Shown: piece by piece, positions 19,301 through 22,965 of the stretch
Layout: the number at the start of each line of letters is the position of its first letter
Numbering within the stretch: the stretch's first letter is position 1
Translations under genes and position numbers: made by a program
Notes under the pieces: model-generated
Told to the model about the DNA's origin: nothing
Database searches by the model: none
What the model saw: the letters and a program-made list of their open reading frames with translations, nothing else
Source: a virus
Taxonomy: Duplodnaviria; Heunggongvirae; Uroviricota; Caudoviricetes
IMG/VR virus record: IMGVR_UViG_3300045988_053025
DNA length: 22,965 nucleotides
Direction: 5' to 3' (one strand)

Positions 19301-19328
19301 AAACCAGGTGGATCCGGTGATGCGGTGA
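16314..19328 (+). CDS. large internal virion / ejection protein (1004 aa)
   Basis: Coupled to the upstream gene (TAATG at 16312-16316). Size and position match the large ejection proteins of short-tailed phages; Gly/Ala-rich hydrophobic N-terminal third. Confidence 0.65.
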   Translation: MPVYAQAEDLNNGLIPSGNVLPEQTGFDVALPEGANPEPLPPEPSVWGAAMRQNNILAGFFRPARQFEPVEGYNPYADKNELHGYEYWGAKFADSRSPEETAWIKQQIDDENEDRRLLSDAGVVGTLASIAAGMDPVTVASMFIPGAQGGALARIGSQIAIGAAGTALSEVVLNNQQITRSWGESAAHIAAGAMMSGVFASAGVALSPSVRAAATREVADALDNMSITSATDRAAASLSDGGSVGAMKIDTATLDDLTPVSGGVVGKAAWKAGSYLTPLTRLMESPSKTVRKTTLELAENNFTLKGNERGIETPVAVETRTRGWQREEAAVVVGNKQAYAKYKADGGDMSFDSFRQQVGNAMRSGDVHANPVVQETAQAMRTVLNRVKVEMQKLGLLPPDEELKALGQASYFPRIYKVGKIISERDKFRRILVDWWSRGNKTLDPEDAEIAADIVINKITGAKVPQDFVSVFSVKAAGSTKERTLNVPDSLIRDYLESDVNYVLQRHIREAAAEIELTRTFGKRTMTERLQLIEDEYDSLLREVPEKIKAKYDESVANLKARYESNGEVVPQGKLDSLMRKYEKELRKEQSRLSKSRANDLRDITALRDRLVGTYGMPDDPSSFFVRAGAFLRDVNFTTKLGGMTVSAIPDLARGVMVNGFRNSMKGYASQISQSPAFKASKEEMLKMGIGLETVLHSRSRAIGDLVDSSSRTTAVEAGMERITDAFGKLTLMDRFNDINKSMNGMLTSDGILSGAFSARRMAKLGINDNMAARIRSEFEKHGEVIDGWHIGNFDKWDDQYVAGVFQSAVLKDVNNTIITPGIGDTPLWASTPMGRTIFQFKSFTTASYNRALLGGLQEGTAQFYYGTAFQIALGSLVYALKEASKGKNVDWSPEKLVLEGIDRSGILGPLMEYNNMAEKATGGAVGLGALFGTGTQSRYASRGFVGSLFGPSFGLADSIIDVTAGVLNGDAGDRIVHNVRTLIPGNNLFWIAPLINQVDPVMR

Positions 19329-19339
19329 GTTAAACACCT

Positions 19340-19903
19340 TTAGCATGATTCAGGGGAAACCCCAATATTAAATATGAGTGTCTCCCCTGAATCAGCATAA
19401 TAATGTAATATTATTGACTTACGTTGTTTTCTTGCTTCGTAGAATAAACGCTCTTGCGGCGATAATTTGTGAAAACTGCCGGATGCACAATATATGTTTT
19501 TTAACTTTTCGCGGGTTTCTTTTATTGTATCTTCTGATATGTATTTTAGGTATTTATCCGTATAGATGTTGCTACTATAAGAAATTAATGTTTTGCTGTT
19601 GTTGTGATGTATTGTATTTTTATCGTTGAAGTCTGTATTTTTATTTACTGTCATTAGGTTTTTAATGATTACATGTAATACAATAGTCTCCCCATCATCA
19701 ATTCCATATTTGATGTCATAGTCAGTATATTTATTTGTTATACCGCTTCCTGATAGCGGCACTATGTACTCTGAGAAAAATGAGTTTGCCGCGTGACTAT
19801 CAAGAGCAATAGCAGTTTGTTTGTGGTAAAAATAAAACAATATTGAGAGAGTCAAAATAATAGCGACGCCTAATGCAACCTTTAATATAGATATGGTTTT
19901 CAA
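19340..19903 (-). CDS. membrane protein in AT-rich accessory operon (possible superinfection-exclusion protein)
   Basis: Minus-strand ORF 19340..19951. Start preferred at TTG 19903-19901 with AAGGAG (reverse complement of 19911-19916) 7 nt upstream, giving an N-terminal transmembrane segment KTISILKVALGVAIILTLSILFYFY. Visibly AT-rich with Asn/Lys/Ile-rich codons. It occupies the slot where P22 carries sieA, as I recall. Confidence 0.5.
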   Translation of the reverse strand: MKTISILKVALGVAIILTLSILFYFYHKQTAIALDSHAANSFFSEYIVPLSGSGITNKYTDYDIKYGIDDGETIVLHVIIKNLMTVNKNTDFNDKNTIHHNNSKTLISYSSNIYTDKYLKYISEDTIKETREKLKNIYCASGSFHKLSPQERLFYEARKQRKSIILHYYADSGETLIFNIGVSPESC

Positions 19904-19993
19904 AATATCGCTCCTTGTTGTAACATACATCAGTAATGTGGCGTTTTTCAATTGTATTAAAGACGTGTAATATGTACACGCCTTTTGTTCTTC

Positions 19994-20425
19994 CTATTCA
20001 GGTATTTCAATTCCAAAACCATCTGCATCCCATGAGTTTTCACAGATGATGTAACCTAGTTCATTGAGCTTATTAAATGTTTTTTCAAAGATGATCTGGT
20101 AATCATTATCTGCAAGTGATTCCAGTTCAAGGTCATTAAGGTTTATATAAAAACTTGTATGTCCAAGTGTTATTTTCTTATTAATTTCATTAAAGGTTCT
20201 TTTGAAAATAATATTTGATATTTCATGTCGTGCATTGTTTGCAATGATTTTTGCTTCATAAGCAGAAATTACGTCATCTTCATGAATATCTTTCAGAAAG
20301 CTGGTGTCAAGACGTTGTACTATTTCAGCGTTCATTGATCGCTTATTGGCTTTTGCAGAAATTTCTATTTTTTCTTTTACTTCGACGGGAAGTCTGATCC
20401 TTAGTTGTGGATCTTCTCTGCTCAT
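19994..20425 (-). CDS. mnt: Mnt-like ribbon-helix-helix repressor with extended C-terminal domain
   Basis: From ATG 20425-20423 the N-terminus MSREDPQLRIRLPVEVKEKIEISAKANKRSMNAEIVQRL aligns well with the P22 Mnt N-terminus as I recall it (ARDDPHFNFRMPMEVREKLKFRAEANGRSMNSELLQIV). The protein is about 143 aa with a ~100-residue C-terminal extension of unknown function. Divergent from the arc-like gene. Confidence 0.6.
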   Translation of the reverse strand: MSREDPQLRIRLPVEVKEKIEISAKANKRSMNAEIVQRLDTSFLKDIHEDDVISAYEAKIIANNARHEISNIIFKRTFNEINKKITLGHTSFYINLNDLELESLADNDYQIIFEKTFNKLNELGYIICENSWDADGFGIEIPE

Positions 20426-20481
20426 GTTCTTCACCAAATATTGAGTTACTTGCAATGATTGAAGTATGCCTCACCGTGTGC

Positions 20482-20510
20482 TTGACATCAATGACGCACG
20501 GTGTGACAAT
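20482..20510 (+). promoter_or_regulatory. sigma70-type promoter for the arc-like/ant operon
   Basis: Perfect -35 TTGACA (20482-20487), 17-bp spacer, extended -10 TGtGACAAT (20502-20510). CACGGTG-type motifs flank and overlap it. Confidence 0.45.
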
Positions 20511-20516
20511 TATTTT

Positions 20517-20531
20517 GCCCCACGGTGGGGC
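20517..20531. promoter_or_regulatory. operator-like inverted repeat GCCCCAC-g-GTGGGGC
   Basis: 15-bp near-perfect palindrome between the putative -10 and the RBS (AAGGAG 20533-20538) of the arc-like gene. The 12-mer GCCCCACGGTGG recurs at 20723-20734. Confidence 0.45.
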
Positions 20532-20545
20532 TAAGGAGATATGAA

Positions 20546-20713
20546 ATGCAAAAAGCAAAAGAGATGTGTCAACGACGAGTTCGTTTTCCGGACGATGTGA
20601 AGTTAGCTATTGAAAGAAATGGCGAAAAAGAATGCCGAAAGTTCAATACAGAGATTATCTATCAGCTGAGGAAAGTGTATGGACTCACTGGTGAGAAGAA
20701 TAGCGTGGCATAA
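20546..20713 (+). CDS. arc: Arc-like ribbon-helix-helix repressor (55 aa)
   Basis: ATG 20546 with AAGGAG 7 nt upstream. The sequence RRVRFPDDVKLAIERNGEKECRKFNTEIIYQLRKVY resembles P22 Arc as I recall it. Small, directly upstream of the ant-like gene and divergent from the mnt-like gene. Confidence 0.55.
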   Translation: MQKAKEMCQRRVRFPDDVKLAIERNGEKECRKFNTEIIYQLRKVYGLTGEKNSVA

Positions 20714-20719
20714 AACAGC

Positions 20720-20752
20720 GAAGCCCCACGGTGGCCAGACCGTCAGGGCTTC
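20720..20752 (+). promoter_or_regulatory. second operator-like site inside a stem-loop between the arc-like and ant-like genes
   Basis: GAAGCCC (20720-20726) pairs with GGGCTTC (20746-20752), enclosing GCCCCACGGTGGCC, a repeat of the motif at 20517. Confidence 0.35.
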
Positions 20753-20785
20753 AGTATCGTAAAACTACGTATAGGAATTAACGAC

Positions 20786-21721
20786 ATGACGAGTATAGCA
20801 ACAGCAGTATCTACTATCAACGTGCCATTCCACGGCGCAGAGCTTTATGTTGTCAATCACAACGGCGAACCGTATACCCCAATGAAACCTATCGTTGAGG
20901 GAATGGGGCTAGACTGGAAATCTCAACATAAGAAGATTTCTCAACGCTTCTCGAAGGGTATGGTGGAAATCACCATACCTTCTGCCGGTGGGGTGCAAGC
21001 CATGATTTGTATGGCTTTACGAAAATTGGCAGCTTGGTTGAACAGCATCAGCCCTAACAAAGTCCGCCCTGAAATCCGCGACAAGGTAATCCAGTATCAG
21101 GAAGAGTGTGACGATGTGCTCTACGAGTACTGGACTAAAGGCCATGTGGTTAACCCACGCAAAGCTAAAAAGGCGTTGCCGGGTAAAATAACAACTGAAC
21201 AGCAGGAAGCCATTAAACAACTCGTCATGAGTCGCGGTCAGTCTCTGCCAAAAGAAAAACAGGCTAAGGCGATGATCACCATGTGGTCGTCACTGAAATC
21301 TCATTTTGGCTGTTCGTACAAAGAAATTGGTGAAGATCAATTTGCCGAAGCGTTGTCTCTTGTTGCTCGGGTTCCGCTTGAAGGGGAGTATCTCCCTGCT
21401 GGATCTGCATCAGAGAATGATGAAGTGGCAGTCAAGATGTTAGATGCGCTTCGTGAGGCAATTAAAACACAGACAAAATGTTATGGTTATCCATTGAAGC
21501 CAGGCTACCGCAGTCTGATTCATTCGCCGTCGGGTGTTCTCGGCCTGACGGAGAACTCACTGCTGATGAATCTGCTGAACCAGTTACAGGACGGGCACGA
21601 TGTATCGGGCGCGGCGGCGGAGCTGACCACCATGTTCTGCTACATCGTCGGTGTGAGCAAATGCCTGCGTGATATCCAGACGCACGCGGAATACATCAAC
21701 GACAAAGCAGGGTTCTTCTGA
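20786..21721 (+). CDS. ant: phage antirepressor (Ant-like)
   Basis: 311 aa; N-terminal VPFHGAELYVVNHNGEPYTPMKPIVEGMGLDW fits the antirepressor / Bro-N-type pattern as I recall it. Sits downstream of the arc-like gene in a P22 immI-like arrangement. Its 3' end is duplicated in inverted orientation at the right edge of the window. Confidence 0.6.
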   Translation: MTSIATAVSTINVPFHGAELYVVNHNGEPYTPMKPIVEGMGLDWKSQHKKISQRFSKGMVEITIPSAGGVQAMICMALRKLAAWLNSISPNKVRPEIRDKVIQYQEECDDVLYEYWTKGHVVNPRKAKKALPGKITTEQQEAIKQLVMSRGQSLPKEKQAKAMITMWSSLKSHFGCSYKEIGEDQFAEALSLVARVPLEGEYLPAGSASENDEVAVKMLDALREAIKTQTKCYGYPLKPGYRSLIHSPSGVLGLTENSLLMNLLNQLQDGHDVSGAAAELTTMFCYIVGVSKCLRDIQTHAEYINDKAGFF

Positions 21722-21745
21722 CAGAACGGCGGCACAGGGACGTGC
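21590..21745 (+). repeat. inverted repeat, left arm (3' end of ant plus ~24 bp downstream)
   Basis: Reverse complement of 22811..22965 matches 21590..21745 with 4 mismatches across the 132 coding nt, all synonymous, plus a short indel in the 3' flank. The repeat probably continues beyond the window. Confidence 0.85.
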
Positions 21746-21759
21746 AAAACGAAACTAGC

Positions 21760-21771
21760 GTGACATGTCAC
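21760..21771. repeat. 12-bp perfect palindrome GTGACATGTCAC, copy 3
   Basis: Read directly; immediately 5' of the terminator hairpin downstream of ant. Confidence 0.9.
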
Positions 21772-21796
21772 AGGCCGCTTTCGCGGCCTTGTTTTT
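21772..21796 (+). terminator. rho-independent terminator downstream of ant
   Basis: AGGCCGC-TTTC-GCGGCCT hairpin followed by TGTTTTT; overlaps the stop of the minus-strand small ORF. Confidence 0.65.
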
Positions 21797-21956
21797 AACG
21801 AATGCCACCGCCACCCGGGCGGGAATCCGCAGAACGCCCACCGCAGCGGGAGCCGTCAGCGGCAGTATCGCTGTCGTGCTGACAACGACCGGCAAAGGCC
21901 TGAGTTGAAGCTACCAGAGACAACAAAACGAACAGTGCAGCAAATGCTTTTTTCAT
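21795..21956 (-). CDS. small secreted peptide (53 aa) with signal peptide
   Basis: From ATG 21956-21954 the translation is MKKAFAALFVLLSLVASTQAFA|GRCQHDSDTAADGSRCGGRSADSRPGGGGIR: basic N-region, hydrophobic core, AxA cleavage motif, mature part with two Cys and a Gly-rich tail. The longer ORF-track start (GTG 22028) abuts a terminator and lacks an RBS. Confidence 0.4.
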   Translation of the reverse strand: MKKAFAALFVLLSLVASTQAFAGRCQHDSDTAADGSRCGGRSADSRPGGGGIR

Positions 21957-22028
21957 TGTGAAATTTCCATCTATAAGCCACCTCAATGTGGCGTCAATGA
22001 GTGTAGCACTGACTTTTGTTTCGTCCAC

Positions 22029-22049
22029 AAAAAAGCCCGCGCTGCGGGC
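22029..22049 (-). terminator. rho-independent terminator for the 210-aa gene (minus strand)
   Basis: GCCCGC-GCT-GCGGGC hairpin (22035-22049) followed on the minus strand by a 6-nt T run (plus-strand A run 22029-22034), 5 nt past the TAA at 22057-22055. Confidence 0.65.
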
Positions 22050-22054
22050 TTCTA

Positions 22055-22687
22055 TTAATGCAGTTTATCTTTGCTTATAACCAGTAGTCTGTGGGTATGC
22101 ACATCTTTATCACTGCCCCAACAGAAATCAGCCCACTGGCTATAGAAATCATCCCATGATGCCATGAAGCTAAGAGGTCTATCTTCTTCAGAGCCATCTG
22201 AAACGTATACATTATATCCTGGGGTGTTTATAGCCCAAGAAATCATTCTTTCCCAGAATCTTCTCCCATCGATTGTTTGTTGCTCATCAGATACAACGAT
22301 CGCATATTGCTCTAGGAAGAACTGAAAAAAAATCTGAGGCAAACCATGAACAGCACGGTCATGAATAACATTAGGCGTACGCCATACCATGATCTGCGTA
22401 CATGTTCTTTTGGCTTCGACGATATCTTCCCGAAAGATTAACTTAACCGCATACACCGTTTCTGGAGTATCGCTGGTAGTAATCATTCTGTAATGATCGC
22501 CATTACAAGATTTTACAAGGCGATAACCATAAGGTGTTGTGAATCCCGGAAGAACGAAATCAACCACACCTTTCGCTAAGTAGCTTTCGGTGTGACTAGT
22601 GTTCTTCTCAGACATGTTCAGTTTTCTATCGAAATCTGCTTCTGGGATAATGTATGGCATCGCTTTTCTTGTTGTATTTGTTCTCAT
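22055..22687 (-). CDS. hypothetical protein (210 aa), orphan accessory gene with own promoter and terminator
   Basis: ATG 22687-22685 with GGAGG 5 nt upstream on the minus strand, a candidate promoter upstream and an intrinsic terminator downstream. Trp/Phe/Asp-rich C-terminal half; no family recognised. Confidence 0.6.
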   Translation of the reverse strand: MRTNTTRKAMPYIIPEADFDRKLNMSEKNTSHTESYLAKGVVDFVLPGFTTPYGYRLVKSCNGDHYRMITTSDTPETVYAVKLIFREDIVEAKRTCTQIMVWRTPNVIHDRAVHGLPQIFFQFFLEQYAIVVSDEQQTIDGRRFWERMISWAINTPGYNVYVSDGSEEDRPLSFMASWDDFYSQWADFCWGSDKDVHTHRLLVISKDKLH

Positions 22688-22760
22688 TTCGTCCTCCCAT
22701 GTTTGGCTACAGGACGCGTTTTGAAGGGAAGATTAAAAATGCTTTCTTACCCTTGAGGTA

Positions 22761-22789
22761 ATAGTACGCTATTCACCCCCAGTCTGCAA
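22761..22789 (-). promoter_or_regulatory. candidate sigma70 promoter for the 210-aa gene
   Basis: On the minus strand: -35 TTGCAG (reverse complement of 22784-22789), 17-bp spacer, -10 TACTAT (reverse complement of 22761-22766), about 70 nt upstream of the ATG. Confidence 0.35.
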
Positions 22790-22833
22790 TCTGTACAGAA
22801 TTATTTAAAGGCACATCCCTGTGCCGCCGCCCG

Positions 22834-22965
22834 TCAGAAGAACCCTGCCTTGTCGTTGATGTACTCCGCGTGCGTCTGGATATCACGCAGGCATTTGCTC
22901 ACACCAACGATGTAGCAGAACATGGTGGTCAGCTCCGCCGCCGCGCCCGATACGTCGTGCCCGTC
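22834..22965 (-). CDS. antirepressor-like protein, C-terminal fragment (gene continues beyond window)
   Basis: Minus-strand frame encodes ...DGHDVSGAAAELTTMFCYIVGVSKCLRDIQTHAEYINDKAGFF then stop (reverse complement of 22834-22836), identical in protein sequence to the last 43 residues of the ant-like gene at 20786..21721. All four nucleotide differences are synonymous. Confidence 0.55.
   Translation of the reverse strand, partial: DGHDVSGAAAELTTMFCYIVGVSKCLRDIQTHAEYINDKAGFF

Noticed and set aside
19346-19394. 12-bp inverted repeat TGATTCAGGGGA / TCCCCTGAATCA that looked like a terminator after the late operon
   Set aside because: It lies inside the 3' coding end of the minus-strand membrane-protein gene, has a 25-nt loop and no U tract on either strand.
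22790-22797. Possible LexA box at CTGTACAG
   Set aside because: LexA sites have CTGT and ACAG separated by about 8 bp; this is a contiguous 8-bp palindrome and does not fit.
21590-22965. Gin/Pin-type invertible segment (phase-variable cassette)
   Set aside because: No recombinase gene is visible nearby, the repeats are long coding sequence rather than short crossover sites, and both cargo genes are on the same strand. Homologous inversion remains possible but a dedicated invertase system is not supported.
1-22965. CRISPR array, integrase or att sites, insertion sequences, lysis cassette, tailspike
   Set aside because: No short direct repeats with regular spacers, no recombinase-like or transposase-like ORF, and no holin/endolysin-like or beta-helix tailspike-like translation was seen; these elements presumably lie outside the window.

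Overview
This window reads as the late region of a temperate enterobacterial phage or prophage, with three accessory insertions. From left to right: a few small genes (DUF551-like, a 40-aa membrane peptide, an RHH/zinc-ribbon protein); small and large terminase subunits; an accessory locus carrying an orphan 139-aa ORF and a tRNA-Arg(UCU); portal, scaffold and major capsid genes; a run of translationally coupled virion, tail and ejection proteins; an AT-rich, P22 immI-like control module (mnt-like, arc-like, ant-like); and a ~1.1-kb cassette with an orphan 210-aa protein and a small secreted peptide, bracketed by inverted copies of the ant 3' end. No integrase, lysis cassette, tailspike or CRISPR array is visible. 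The most interesting signals are the cassette between the convergent ant paralogs, a 12-bp perfect palindrome (GTGACATGTCAC) present three times at module junctions, and a cluster of CACGGTG motifs around the arc-like promoter. All functional calls are from reading the sequence and ORF translations; no database search was run.
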